From Solirubrobacteraceae bacterium (GTDB lineage Bacteria > Actinomycetota > Thermoleophilia > Solirubrobacterales > Solirubrobacteraceae), in assembly GCA_051005855.1 (NCBI GenBank), contig JBPCIY010000057.1:7351-71350 (forward strand): 64,000 nt of DNA, given 5' to 3'. Below the pieces are notes generated by a model. That model was not told where the DNA came from. It worked only from the letters and a program-made list of their open reading frames with translations, and did no database searches. Of this stretch, positions 8,571 to 18,367 are shown piece by piece (position 1 is the first letter of the stretch; every line of letters starts with the position of its first letter). Made by a program: the position numbers and the translations under genes.

Positions 8571-11207
8571 GTGACGCGCTGGGTGTACGACTTTGCCGAC
8601 GGGTCCAAGGACATGCGCGACCTCCTGGGCGGCAAAGGGGCGGGCGTGGCCGAGATGACCCGGGTGCTCGGAGCGCAGCGCGTGCCGGCCGGGTTCACGA
8701 TCACCACCGAGGCGTGTGTGCAGTACATGCGCGCGGATCGGCGCGAGCCCGACGGCATGGCCGAGCAGGTGGCCCAGGCGCTGGAGCGTCTCGAGGAGCA
8801 CTCGGGCAAGCAGCTGGGCGCCACCGATGACCCGCTGCTGGTCTCCGTACGCTCCGGGGCTCGCGAATCGATGCCGGGCATGCTCGACACGGTGCTCAAC
8901 CTCGGGCTGTCAGACGAATCGGTTCAGGGCCTGGCCCGGGCGACCGACAACGAGCGCTTTGCCTGGGACTCCTACCGGCGCTTTGTGCAGATGTTCGGCA
9001 ACGTCTCGCGCGGCATTTCGGGGGCGCGCTTCGAGGACGCGATCAAGGCGGCCAAGGAGCAGCGCGGAGTAAGCCAGGACACCGAGCTCGACGTCGAGGC
9101 ACTCAAGGAGCTGACCGAGACCTTCCGGGAGATCTACCGCGAGGACACCGGGGACGAGTTCCCCCAGGACCCCCAGGAGCAGCTCCGGCTCGCGATCCGG
9201 GCCGTGTTCGATTCCTGGGTGGGCGAGCGGGCGATCGCCTACCGGCGCATGAACCGGATCCCCGACGCCTGGGGCACCGCGGTCAATGTCCAGCAGATGG
9301 TGTTCGGCAACCAGGGCGACACCTCGGGCTCCGGGGTGGCCTTCTCCCGCGACGAGGTCACCGGCGCCCCCGAGCCCAGCGGCGACTTTCTTCCCAACGC
9401 CCAGGGCGAGGACGTCGTCTCGGGAGCCCGGACCCCGCGCGACATCTCCGAGATCAAGGACTGGCTGCCCGAGGTACACGCTGAGCTACTCGAGATCCTG
9501 ACCACGCTCGAGCGCCACTACGAGAACATGCAGGACACCGAGTTCACTGTGCAGGAGGGACAGCTGTACATGCTCCAAACCCGCAACGCCAAGCGTCCGG
9601 CCCAGGCTGCGGTCCGCTTCGCCGTTGACGCCGTGGCCGAGGGCCTGCTCTCCCGCGAGCAGGCGCTGGTCACGATCGACCCGGGCTCGCTCGACGCCCT
9701 GCTGCACCCCACCTTCGATCCGAGTGCCGACTTCGAGATCCTGGCTACGGGCGTCGCCGCCTCGCCCGGGGCGGCCAAGGGCACGGTGGTGTTCACCGCC
9801 GCCGATGCCGTGGCCGCCGAGCAGGACGGCCGCAACGTGATCCTGGTGCGACCGTTCACCGACGCCGAGGACGTGGCCGGCTTCCACGCCGCCAAGGGCA
9901 TCTTGACCAGCGAGGGCGGAAAGGCCTCGCACGCCGCGCTGGTGGCCCGCGGAATGGGGCGCCCCGCGGTGGTCGGGGCGGACTCGATCGGGATCGATCT
10001 CGCCACCAAGACCATCACCGTCAACGGGACCAAGTTGCACGAGGGTGACCGGATCGCGATCGACGGGACCCAGGGCTGCGTGACGATCGACGACGTGCCC
10101 CTGGTCGAGGCGCGCGTCGACGAGAACTTCGAGCAGGTGCTCGCCTGGGCGGATGAGATTCGCGCGCTGGGCGTGCGCACCAACGCCGACACGCCCGAGG
10201 ATGCCCGGCGCGCGCGCCAGCTCGGCGCCGAGGGCATCGGGTTGTGCCGGACCGAGCACATGTTCATGGCCGAGGACCGCCAGCCCAAGATGCGAGCCAT
10301 GATCATGGCCGAAGATTCTGACTCGCGTCGGGCCGCGCTGAGCGAGCTCTTACCGCTCCAGCAGGAGGACTTCGAGGGGCTGTTCGAGGCGATGGCCGGG
10401 TTGCCCGTCACCGTGCGTCTGCTCGACCCGCCGCTGCACGAGTTCCTGCCCAACCTCGCCGACCTTTCCGCCCAGGTCGAGCGGGCCCGGATCGAGGCCT
10501 CAGACGACCTCTCAGAGCTCGAGGTCCTGCTCGAACGCGTGCAGGAGGTCTCCGAGGAGAACCCGATGCTCGGGACCCGCGGTTGCCGGCTGGGGATCCT
10601 GTATCCCGAGATCTATGAGATGCAGGTCCATGCGATCCTGCGCGCCGCCAAGGCCGCCGCGCAGCCGCCCCACCCGGAGATCATGATCCCGCTGGTCGAC
10701 TACGAGCACGAGATCGAGCTGATGCGCGAGCTGGTCGTGCGCGTCGGAGAGCAGGAGGGGCTCGAGATTCAAAAGGACTACACGGTGGGGACGATGATCG
10801 AGCTCCCTCGGGCCTGCTTCGTGGCCGACCGGATTGCCCGCTTCGCCGACTTCTTCTCCTTTGGCACCAACGACCTGACCCAGACCGCGCTGGGCTTCTC
10901 GCGCGACGACGTCGAGTCCAAGTTCGTGCCCACCTACCTGGAACGCAAGATCATCGACCGCAGCCCGTTTGAGACGATCGACAAGCCGGGCGTCGGCTGG
11001 CTGGTCCGCCTCGCCGCCTGGGTCGGACGCGAAGCCCATCCGGGGCTCAAGCTCGGTATCTGCGGCGAGCACGGCGGCGACCCCGACTCGATCACCTTCT
11101 TTCACGAGGCGGGGCTGGACTACGTCTCCTGCTCCCCGTTCCGCGTCCCGATCGCCCGCATCGCCGCCGCGCAGGCCGCGATCGCCCACCCGCGCGGGAG
11201 CTGGTGA
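8571..11207 (+). CDS. ppdK: Pyruvate, phosphate dikinase
   Basis: LGGKGA, SVRSGARESMPGMLDTVLNLG, phospho-His motif GGKASHAALVAR, GIGLCRTEHM, GTNDLTQ, GICGEHGG. Confidence 0.97.
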   Translation: MTRWVYDFADGSKDMRDLLGGKGAGVAEMTRVLGAQRVPAGFTITTEACVQYMRADRREPDGMAEQVAQALERLEEHSGKQLGATDDPLLVSVRSGARESMPGMLDTVLNLGLSDESVQGLARATDNERFAWDSYRRFVQMFGNVSRGISGARFEDAIKAAKEQRGVSQDTELDVEALKELTETFREIYREDTGDEFPQDPQEQLRLAIRAVFDSWVGERAIAYRRMNRIPDAWGTAVNVQQMVFGNQGDTSGSGVAFSRDEVTGAPEPSGDFLPNAQGEDVVSGARTPRDISEIKDWLPEVHAELLEILTTLERHYENMQDTEFTVQEGQLYMLQTRNAKRPAQAAVRFAVDAVAEGLLSREQALVTIDPGSLDALLHPTFDPSADFEILATGVAASPGAAKGTVVFTAADAVAAEQDGRNVILVRPFTDAEDVAGFHAAKGILTSEGGKASHAALVARGMGRPAVVGADSIGIDLATKTITVNGTKLHEGDRIAIDGTQGCVTIDDVPLVEARVDENFEQVLAWADEIRALGVRTNADTPEDARRARQLGAEGIGLCRTEHMFMAEDRQPKMRAMIMAEDSDSRRAALSELLPLQQEDFEGLFEAMAGLPVTVRLLDPPLHEFLPNLADLSAQVERARIEASDDLSELEVLLERVQEVSEENPMLGTRGCRLGILYPEIYEMQVHAILRAAKAAAQPPHPEIMIPLVDYEHEIELMRELVVRVGEQEGLEIQKDYTVGTMIELPRACFVADRIARFADFFSFGTNDLTQTALGFSRDDVESKFVPTYLERKIIDRSPFETIDKPGVGWLVRLAAWVGREAHPGLKLGICGEHGGDPDSITFFHEAGLDYVSCSPFRVPIARIAAAQAAIAHPRGSW

Positions 11208-12175
11208 GCACGCTCGCCGCCTATGCCAAAGCCATCAACCCCGACGACCCGCTCAGCGGGCTCGAGGTCGGCGAACGCCCCGAGCCCGAGGCGCGCGACG
11301 GCTGGACGACGGTCACGGTCAAGGCGGCGGCGCTCAACCACCACGACCTGTGGTCCCTGCGCGGCGTTGGCCTGAGCGACGACAAGCTACCGATGATCCT
11401 CGGCTGCGATGCGGCGGGACTTGACCAGGACGGCAACGAGGTCGTGATCCACGCCGTGATCACCAACGACAGCTGGCGCGGCGACGAGACGCTCGACCCG
11501 CGGCGCTCGCTGCTCTCCGAGCGCCACCCCGGAACGCTGGCCCAGCGCGTCGCGGTCCCGAAGCGAAACGTCCTTCCCAAGCCGCCCGAGCTGTCCTTCG
11601 AGCACGCGGCCTGCCTGCCCACGGCCTGGCTGACCGCCTACCGGATGCTGTTCACGCGGGGTGGCGTGACGCCCGGGATGACCGTGCTCGTCCAGGGGGC
11701 GGCGGGCGGGGTGGCCACCGCGCTGACCGTGCTCGGCAGCGCCGCCGGGGCGCGGGTGTGGGTGACCAGCCGCTCAGAGTCAAAGCGCGCCGATGCTTTG
11801 AAGCTCGGGGCCGAGCAGGCCTTCCCGTCCGGCGCGCGGCTGCCCGAGCGAGTCGACGCGGTGATGGAGACGGTCGGCCAGGCGACCTGGGGGCACTCGA
11901 TCCGCTCGCTCAAGCCCGGCGGGACCCTCGTCGTCTCCGGGGCCACCTCGGGGGATGCGCCCCCGGCCGAGCTGACCAGGGTGTTCTTCCTTCAGCTCTC
12001 GGTGGTCGGCTCGACGATGGGCAGCCGGGACGAGCTCGAACGGCTGATCCGCTTCTGCCTGGAGCGCGACATCGAGCCGACGATCAGCGCCAAGATGCCC
12101 CTCGCCGACGCTCGCGAGGGCTTCCGGGCCATGCTCGAAGGCGACGTGCTCGGCAAAGTCGTCTTTACCGCCTAG
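11204..12175 (+). CDS. MDR-family alcohol dehydrogenase / quinone oxidoreductase
   Basis: ALNHHDLW, ILGCDAAG, VLVQGAAGGVA, GSTMGS; 4-bp overlap with ppdK. Confidence 0.9.
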   Translation: MSTLAAYAKAINPDDPLSGLEVGERPEPEARDGWTTVTVKAAALNHHDLWSLRGVGLSDDKLPMILGCDAAGLDQDGNEVVIHAVITNDSWRGDETLDPRRSLLSERHPGTLAQRVAVPKRNVLPKPPELSFEHAACLPTAWLTAYRMLFTRGGVTPGMTVLVQGAAGGVATALTVLGSAAGARVWVTSRSESKRADALKLGAEQAFPSGARLPERVDAVMETVGQATWGHSIRSLKPGGTLVVSGATSGDAPPAELTRVFFLQLSVVGSTMGSRDELERLIRFCLERDIEPTISAKMPLADAREGFRAMLEGDVLGKVVFTA

Positions 12176-12302
12176 CGCTCCCCGCTGGAAGCGCAGCTTG
12201 AGCTTCCCTCGGAGGCGAGCTCCCGCAGCTGCGCGCCGCCCGAGACGAGCAGCGTCTCGCCCGCTTCGGGGCCTCCGGGCTCGGGATACCGGCGACACGC
12301 AT
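12176..12302 (-). pseudogene. Collapsed remnant of an NADPH:quinone-reductase-like (MDR) gene
   Basis: With two frameshifts it reads MRVAGI-EPGGPE / AGETLLVSGGA / QLRELASEG-KLKLR, resembling the start, middle and end motifs of MDR enzymes. Confidence 0.5.
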
Positions 12303-12313
12303 GCTGGGCGAGG

Positions 12314-13282
12314 CTAGCGCCCCGATGTCGGGTTGGCGGTTCGCGCGGCGGCGTCGCTCTCGACGTCGAGCTCGGTCCGCACCCCGAGCTCGTTAAGGGT
12401 CTGGTTGGCGGCCGTCAGGCTGTCGCTCCCGGCGACCGCCCGAGCCAGCCGGCCGGCCGTGGCATAGGTGATCTCGACGTCGAGGTAGAAGGTGCTCGCC
12501 GCCACCGTACTCAGTTCAAAGGCGCGCTCGCCACCGCGGATCGTGACCTCCCCGCGCGCGCCGCGGAAGGCCCGGACCGCCTGGGCGCTGGCTTCGGTGG
12601 GGACGAGCTCGATCGCCGCCTCCAGACGCTCCGCTACCGGGGCGGTCAGCCCTCGGACACCGCCCAGGCCGCCCGCCGCGGCGACCACGGCGAGCTGGGC
12701 CAGCACCTCGGCCGCGGTCAGCTCGGCGTCGCAGCCGATCCCGAATACCGCGAGCAGGACGGGCACGCGCTCGGTGGCCAGTCGCTGGGCGGCGGCGAGC
12801 ATGATCGCGTCGCACAGGGGGCTGCGCAGCCCCGGCTCGTGGCCTTGGGCGAGCACGTCGCCGCCGACGTCGACGAACACGAACAGGTCGCTGTGCAGTT
12901 GCGCCGAGGCCGCCGCGAGCCCGGCCGCGATCGCCGCCGGACCGTCGTCAATCGTGACCAGCAGCGTCGGCCGATCGAGGAAGGCGGCCATCCGGGACTC
13001 GGCGAAGTGGACGTCGCGGTCCCGCACGCGGGTGCGCGGTCCGGCCAGCATTACGCCTGGGGCGAGCCGTTGGGCGCCCTCGATCTCCGCCTCGCTGCGC
13101 GGGCCGGGAACGGGATCGATCGGCCGCCGCTCCCAGCTCAGGCCGCCCACCAGGGGCTCGGCGCCGTCATACAGGCGGGCAAACTCGGCGCTGGCCAGTG
13201 CTCCGACCACGTCCCCGCCGCCGCCCATGCCGATCATCAGCGGGCGGTGCGCGGCGCGCAGGATCGCCTCGGCGTCAAACAT
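12314..13282 (-). CDS. DUF1152 domain protein
   Basis: GMGGGGDV, VDVGGDVLAQGHEPGLRSPLCD, GIGCD. Confidence 0.8.
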   Translation of the reverse strand: MFDAEAILRAAHRPLMIGMGGGGDVVGALASAEFARLYDGAEPLVGGLSWERRPIDPVPGPRSEAEIEGAQRLAPGVMLAGPRTRVRDRDVHFAESRMAAFLDRPTLLVTIDDGPAAIAAGLAAASAQLHSDLFVFVDVGGDVLAQGHEPGLRSPLCDAIMLAAAQRLATERVPVLLAVFGIGCDAELTAAEVLAQLAVVAAAGGLGGVRGLTAPVAERLEAAIELVPTEASAQAVRAFRGARGEVTIRGGERAFELSTVAASTFYLDVEITYATAGRLARAVAGSDSLTAANQTLNELGVRTELDVESDAAARTANPTSGR

Positions 13283-14021
13283 GGTCGGTTCCGGCGCTGC
13301 CGATCACCAGCGAAGCGTGCAGCTCACCGTCAATATCGGCGATCCAGCGGCAGCGCCCGGCCCGCAGCACGGTCTTCTCGCCTGCCTGAGCCGGGGTGCG
13401 GTACTCGAGCTCGACGTCGATCCCGGCGGGCTCGGGGACCGCGAGCAGCTCCTCCTCCAAGGGCTGCCAGTAGGCCGCGTTGTTGACGTGATCGGCGATG
13501 TCACACTCGGTTAGCCGAAATGTCCACGCGCTCCGTTCGGTCTCCTCGGGCGGCGGCCCGTGACGCAGGCGCGCGCTGACCCGTCGCTCGGTCACGGTGC
13601 CGCCGTAGGTGGCAATTTCGCCCTCGGTCAGCGGCACCGGGCGCCAGTTATCGGGAGCCAGATGCACCCAGAGCGAGACCGCCTCGACCAGAGGGTTGGT
13701 CTCCCCGGCGAGGACGACGTCGGTCCGCCGCTCGGCCCACATCCGCCCCAGGCCGCTGCAGAAGGTGCTCACGCCGAAGCGCTCGCCGAAGCGGGGCCAG
13801 CGCCGCACCCGGATCCGACTGCGGCGGACGACCCATACCGCAGCCTGAGCGAGCCCGGCGTCGTCCACGTCAGCGTACGCGACGTCCTGCAGCCAGCCGG
13901 CGATCGCGTCCAGGCGCATTCGCCCCGAGGGCGCGCAGTCGGCGAACCCGGGGCGGCGCTCCTGGCCGAACACCCGGCCGCCGGGCAGCCTCGGGAGCAG
14001 CGCGTTGAACTGGTGCTCCAC
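13275..14021 (-). CDS. Acyl-ACP thioesterase (double hot-dog)
   Basis: LQDVA, WVVRR, ECDIADHVNNAAYW motif. Confidence 0.85.
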   Translation of the reverse strand: MEHQFNALLPRLPGGRVFGQERRPGFADCAPSGRMRLDAIAGWLQDVAYADVDDAGLAQAAVWVVRRSRIRVRRWPRFGERFGVSTFCSGLGRMWAERRTDVVLAGETNPLVEAVSLWVHLAPDNWRPVPLTEGEIATYGGTVTERRVSARLRHGPPPEETERSAWTFRLTECDIADHVNNAAYWQPLEEELLAVPEPAGIDVELEYRTPAQAGEKTVLRAGRCRWIADIDGELHASLVIGSAGTDHV

Positions 14022-14035
14022 GGCGACGTCGGGAG

Positions 14036-14269
14036 TCAGCGGCCGCGCTGCTCGGCCTCGGTCCTAGCCACCGCCCGCCACACGCGCTCGCCGCTGACCG
14101 GCCGGTCGTGATCGCGAGCCCCGCGATCAGCCAGCGCGTCGACCGCGTTTTCTACGGCCGGCGTTGAGCCGATCGTACCCGACTCGCCGATCCCCTTGGC
14201 GCCGAGCGGGTTCACGGGCCGGGCCCGGGCCGGGCCGGCGTCGCGCCGGCGGATGCCCTGACTAAGCAC
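14036..14269 (-). pseudogene. Remnant of a xanthine/CO dehydrogenase-family molybdopterin large subunit
   Basis: 77-aa frame containing the family C-terminal signature NPLGAKGIGESGTIGSTPAVENAVDAL...ERVWRA. Confidence 0.7.
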
Positions 14270-14634
14270 TATCGCTTCATCGCAGCGAGCACCCAGGCGA
14301 CGAACACACCCTGAAACGGCAGGCGGCCCCACAGGCTCGCCCGCCCGCCGGGCACCTTCGAGTAGTCGTCGGGGTGCAGCGCCATGTGCAGGTTGGCGGG
14401 GAAGACGGCGATCAGGGTCGCAATCAGCCACCCGCCGCCCAGTCGCCGCGCGCGACCCTGGGAGGCCATCAGGCCCGCGCCACCCGCGATCTCGGCCACG
14501 CCGCTGGCGTAGACCATCGCCTCGGGCGCCGGAATGTACGGCGGCATGATCTGCCTGTAGGTCTTCGGGATCACGAAGTGCATGACGCCGGCGAAGACGA
14601 AGAACGGGCCGGCGAGGTCACGGATCCTGGGCAT
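14269..14634 (-). CDS. DoxX-like membrane protein
   Basis: FVFAGVMHF, YASGVAEIAGG, IAVFPANLHMA, RLPFQ. Confidence 0.8.
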   Translation of the reverse strand: MPRIRDLAGPFFVFAGVMHFVIPKTYRQIMPPYIPAPEAMVYASGVAEIAGGAGLMASQGRARRLGGGWLIATLIAVFPANLHMALHPDDYSKVPGGRASLWGRLPFQGVFVAWVLAAMKR

Positions 14635-14759
14635 TGTGGCCAGCACGCTACCGAATCGCGGGGTTCGGCCAAACAAAAAGCCTCAGATTCAGCGCCATTG
14701 GTGCCGATAACGGCTAGGCGCCCGCCCGGCGAGGCCGGCGCGATCCGTACGCGCCTCCC

Positions 14760-17672
14760 GTGACCATGTCCGCCGACATCCGCGAGCACGCGGCCCGGAC
14801 CCTGTCCGAGCCGTCGCTGGTGGGGCTCATGACCCGGCTCAGCGGCTTGGGGGCGGAGGAGTCCTCAGACCTGATCGTCGATGCCGCCGCGGCCGCCCTG
14901 GGCGCCGAGTTGGCCGTGGTGGTCTGTGAGGGCGCCGCCAACGCGATCGCCGGTCCGCCTCTCTCTGAGGCTGGCGTGCGGGCGCTGGTCGCCGCCGCCG
15001 AGCGCGGACCGGGGCACAACCGGCTGCCGCCTATCGGCGAGATCGAGCTCGCCTCCGCGTCGCTCGGCGCGAGCGTCCCGGGCCGGCTGCTGGTCGCCCG
15101 GCGTCAGGGGCCTCCGTTCACCGGGGCGGAGCTGGCCTCGTTGGAGGGCCTGGCGCGTCTACTCGGACTCAACGTCAGCGTCGCCCGGGCCACCGATGAG
15201 GAGCGCTGCCTGCGGCGGCTCAGCGAGCAGGAGATGCGCCAGCGCAAGCGCGCCGAACGCGAGCTCGCGCACCGGTCGCTGCACGATCATCTGACCGGCC
15301 TGGCCAACCGCAGCATGCTGCGCGAGCGTGCCGAGCACGCGCTCGAGCGTGCCCGCCACGGAGTCGGTTTCGTCGCCGCGCTGTTTGTCGACGTCGATCA
15401 CTTCAAGCTCGCCAACGACTCCCTCGATCATCGGCGCGGGGACAAGCTGCTGATCCTGATCTCCCAGCGGCTGAGCACGATCCTCGTCCTCGAGGAGAAC
15501 GACCGTCGCAACTGCACCCTGGCCCGCCCGGGTGGCGACGAGTTCATCGTGCTCTGTGAGGATCTGGCCACCGAGCACGACGCGGTTACGGTCGCCCAGC
15601 AGATTCGTGACGCCCTGCGCGCCCCGTTCTTCATCGACGGCCAGCAGGTGCAGCTGACCGCGAGCATCGGGATCGCCTGCGCGGCGGGCGGGGACGCCGA
15701 TGCCGCAGACGCCGATGAGCTCCTGCGCGACGCCGACGTGGCTCTGGCCCGGGCCAAGGACCGCGGTCGCGACCGCTACGAGATCTTCGACGAACCCATG
15801 CGCGCCCGCCTGCTGGACCGAGTGGAGCTGGAGAGCGATCTGCGCGCCGCGCTGCAGAACGACGAGCTACGGCTGCTCTACCAGCCCGTGGTCACGGTCT
15901 CGGACGGCGGCCTGGCGGCGGTCGAGGCGCTCGTGCGCTGGAAGCATCCGACCCGAGGTCTGCTCGCCCCCGCCGAATTCATCCCCGTCGCGGAGGAGAG
16001 CGACCTGATCGTCTCGCTCGGCGCTTGGGTGATCGAGGAGGCGTGTGAGCAGACGCGCCGGTGGCGCGAGTCCCATCCGGCCCAGCTCGGGGTCCGGGTG
16101 TCGGTTAGCGTCTCGGCGCGCCAGCTCTCCCCCGGGCTCGTGGACACGGTCGCGGAGGCCCTCGAACGCCACGCGGTGGAGCCGGGCCGACTCGCGCTGG
16201 AGATCACCGAGACCCTGCTGATCGAGCACACCGAGTCCGCCCGCGAGGTGCTCGCGGCGCTCGAGCAGCTGGGCGTCTCGATCGTGCTCGATGACTTCGG
16301 GACCGGATACTCGTCCCTCGGGTACCTGAACGAGTTCCCGCTCGGCCAGCTCAAGCTCGATCGCTCGTTCACCGCCGACCTCGCCCGCGAACCCCGCAGC
16401 GCCAAGATCGTCGCCGCCACCATCGACATGGCCCGCGCCCTCGGCATGACCGTCGTGGCCGAGGGGGTGGAGACGATCGACCAGGTCGACGTGCTCCAGC
16501 GGCTGGGCTGTGACTACGCCCAGGGCTTCCTGTTCGCCGGCCCTGAGCCCGCTGACGCCATCTTCGAGCGCATCCGCGCCGCCTACGAGCGCGACCGCGA
16601 GATTGCCCACGAGCCCGCCAGCGCCGTCCGCGCCGCCAAGGGCAAGGCCGCCCAGCCCGGCGCAGGGGCGAGCAGCTTTGCGACCTGGCACCGGCGCCAG
16701 CAGGTGGCCATCGGGCGGCTCGCGGGGTGGCTGTTCCTGATCGGGGCCATCGTCGCTCTGCCCTTAGAGCTAGCCCTTGGGCGGCCGAGGCCGCTGGTCG
16801 TGGCGGCACTGGCGCTGATGGGACTGATCACCGGCCTGGGCTGCCTGGCCGGCCCCTGGGATCGCGGGTCGTCGCGCTGGCTCAACTGGGTGCTCGCCCT
16901 CGGCACGGTGGAGATCACGATCTCGGTGATCGCCTTCGGCCGTCACGGAGCCGTTCTGGCGCCGATCTACCTGCTGGTCGCGACTGCGGCCGCCTACGCG
17001 TTTCGTGATCGCCGCGTGATCGCCGCCCACATCGTCCTGATCGCCGCGGCTCTGACGCTCCCGCTGACCTACGCGGGCGGCACGTCGGGGTCAGCCGTCC
17101 CCCGGGCGATCGTCGCGGTCGTCGTCCTGGGACTCATGTCGGGGGTGATCGCCTACCTGCGCGAGCTGCTCGAGGGGAGCGCGGCCGAGCTGCGCGAGCT
17201 GGCCGCCCGCGACCCGCTCACCGAGGTCGGCAATTACCGCACGCTGCACGAGCGCCTGGACTACGAGCTCGTACGCCACGAGCGCGACACCAACCAGCTC
17301 GCCGTTCTGCTGATCGACCTCGACCGCTTCAAGCAGGTCAACGAACGCCGCGGCCACGCCGCCGGCGACGACGTCCTGCGGCGAGTCGCCCTGACTTTGC
17401 GCGAGGCGGTGCGCTCCCAGGATACCGTCGCCCGCCAGGGCGGCGACGAATTCGCGATCCTGGCTCCCGACACCGACGCCGAGGGCGCAGCGATGCTGGC
17501 CACGCGGATCCGTGACCGCCTGGGTCGGGTCCAGTTCGCCGGCGACTCGATCGGCGCCACGATCGGCTGGGCCATCTATCCAAGCGATGGTCGCAGCCCG
17601 GCCGAGCTGCTCACCCACGCCGACGAGCACCTAATGACCGGGAAGTTGCGTCCCCCGCCCGCGCCGTTGTGA
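14760..17672 (+). CDS. c-di-GMP enzyme: GAF-like - GGDEF - EAL - multi-TM - GGDEF
   Basis: HDHLTGLANR...GGDEF; EALVRW, EITE, DDFGTGYSSL, AEGVE; about 6 hydrophobic helices; DPLTEVGN...RQGGDEF. Confidence 0.9.
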   Translation: MTMSADIREHAARTLSEPSLVGLMTRLSGLGAEESSDLIVDAAAAALGAELAVVVCEGAANAIAGPPLSEAGVRALVAAAERGPGHNRLPPIGEIELASASLGASVPGRLLVARRQGPPFTGAELASLEGLARLLGLNVSVARATDEERCLRRLSEQEMRQRKRAERELAHRSLHDHLTGLANRSMLRERAEHALERARHGVGFVAALFVDVDHFKLANDSLDHRRGDKLLILISQRLSTILVLEENDRRNCTLARPGGDEFIVLCEDLATEHDAVTVAQQIRDALRAPFFIDGQQVQLTASIGIACAAGGDADAADADELLRDADVALARAKDRGRDRYEIFDEPMRARLLDRVELESDLRAALQNDELRLLYQPVVTVSDGGLAAVEALVRWKHPTRGLLAPAEFIPVAEESDLIVSLGAWVIEEACEQTRRWRESHPAQLGVRVSVSVSARQLSPGLVDTVAEALERHAVEPGRLALEITETLLIEHTESAREVLAALEQLGVSIVLDDFGTGYSSLGYLNEFPLGQLKLDRSFTADLAREPRSAKIVAATIDMARALGMTVVAEGVETIDQVDVLQRLGCDYAQGFLFAGPEPADAIFERIRAAYERDREIAHEPASAVRAAKGKAAQPGAGASSFATWHRRQQVAIGRLAGWLFLIGAIVALPLELALGRPRPLVVAALALMGLITGLGCLAGPWDRGSSRWLNWVLALGTVEITISVIAFGRHGAVLAPIYLLVATAAAYAFRDRRVIAAHIVLIAAALTLPLTYAGGTSGSAVPRAIVAVVVLGLMSGVIAYLRELLEGSAAELRELAARDPLTEVGNYRTLHERLDYELVRHERDTNQLAVLLIDLDRFKQVNERRGHAAGDDVLRRVALTLREAVRSQDTVARQGGDEFAILAPDTDAEGAAMLATRIRDRLGRVQFAGDSIGATIGWAIYPSDGRSPAELLTHADEHLMTGKLRPPPAPL

Positions 17673-17879
17673 CGCCAATTCAGCGGACTCGCCCATCGTC
17701 GGCCGGCGGCCCTCCGGAACGCCCACCCGGGCCGTGAAGCTTCGGTTGGCAATGATTTGTCGCGCCCGGGGCGTCAAACCGCTGCCCACCGCCGCCGGGC
17801 GGGGTCGGCGGTAACTCGGTCGGGGGGGGCGGCGGCAGAGCGGGCCCCGGCTGTCCGCGCCGCGGAAGAGAATCCCCCG

Positions 17880-18344
17880 ATGCCCGCCAACCCCGCCGGC
17901 CTGATCTACGGGACGATCTCGGTCGCCGCGCTGCTCGCTGCCGAGAGCGCCCGTCAGGAGACCTACCTTCGGACGGCGGGGGCGGTGATGATCACGATCG
18001 TCCTCTACTGGCTGGCGCACTCCTACTCGCAGTTCATTGGCGAGCGCGTTGAGCAGCAGGTCGCGTTCACTTACCGCGGCGTGCTCGCGACCGCCCGCCA
18101 CGAGCTGACCGTGGTGATCGGTGCCGCCGGCCCCCTCGTCGTGCTGATCCTCTTCTGGGTCTTCGGCGCCTCGCTGGACACGGCGGTGATCGCCGCCATC
18201 TGGACGGCAGCGGCGATCGTGATCGTGCTCGAGATCGTGATTGGCGTCCGTGCCGAGCTCACCGGGCGCGAGCTCGTGCGCCAAACCGTGTTCGGGGCGA
18301 TCCTCGGTCTGCTCGTGATCGCTCTCCGGGTGCTCCTGCACTAG
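17880..18344 (+). CDS. Hypothetical integral membrane protein (about 5 TM)
   Basis: ATG 17880; IYGTISVAALLAA, YWLAHSYS and further hydrophobic segments. Confidence 0.75.
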   Translation: MPANPAGLIYGTISVAALLAAESARQETYLRTAGAVMITIVLYWLAHSYSQFIGERVEQQVAFTYRGVLATARHELTVVIGAAGPLVVLILFWVFGASLDTAVIAAIWTAAAIVIVLEIVIGVRAELTGRELVRQTVFGAILGLLVIALRVLLH

Positions 18345-18367
18345 ACGTCGCCGGGGCGCGAGCCGGC

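Noticed and set aside
17673-17879. Possible c-di-GMP riboswitch next to the GGDEF/EAL gene
   Set aside because: No match to the class I or II consensus on either strand by eye.
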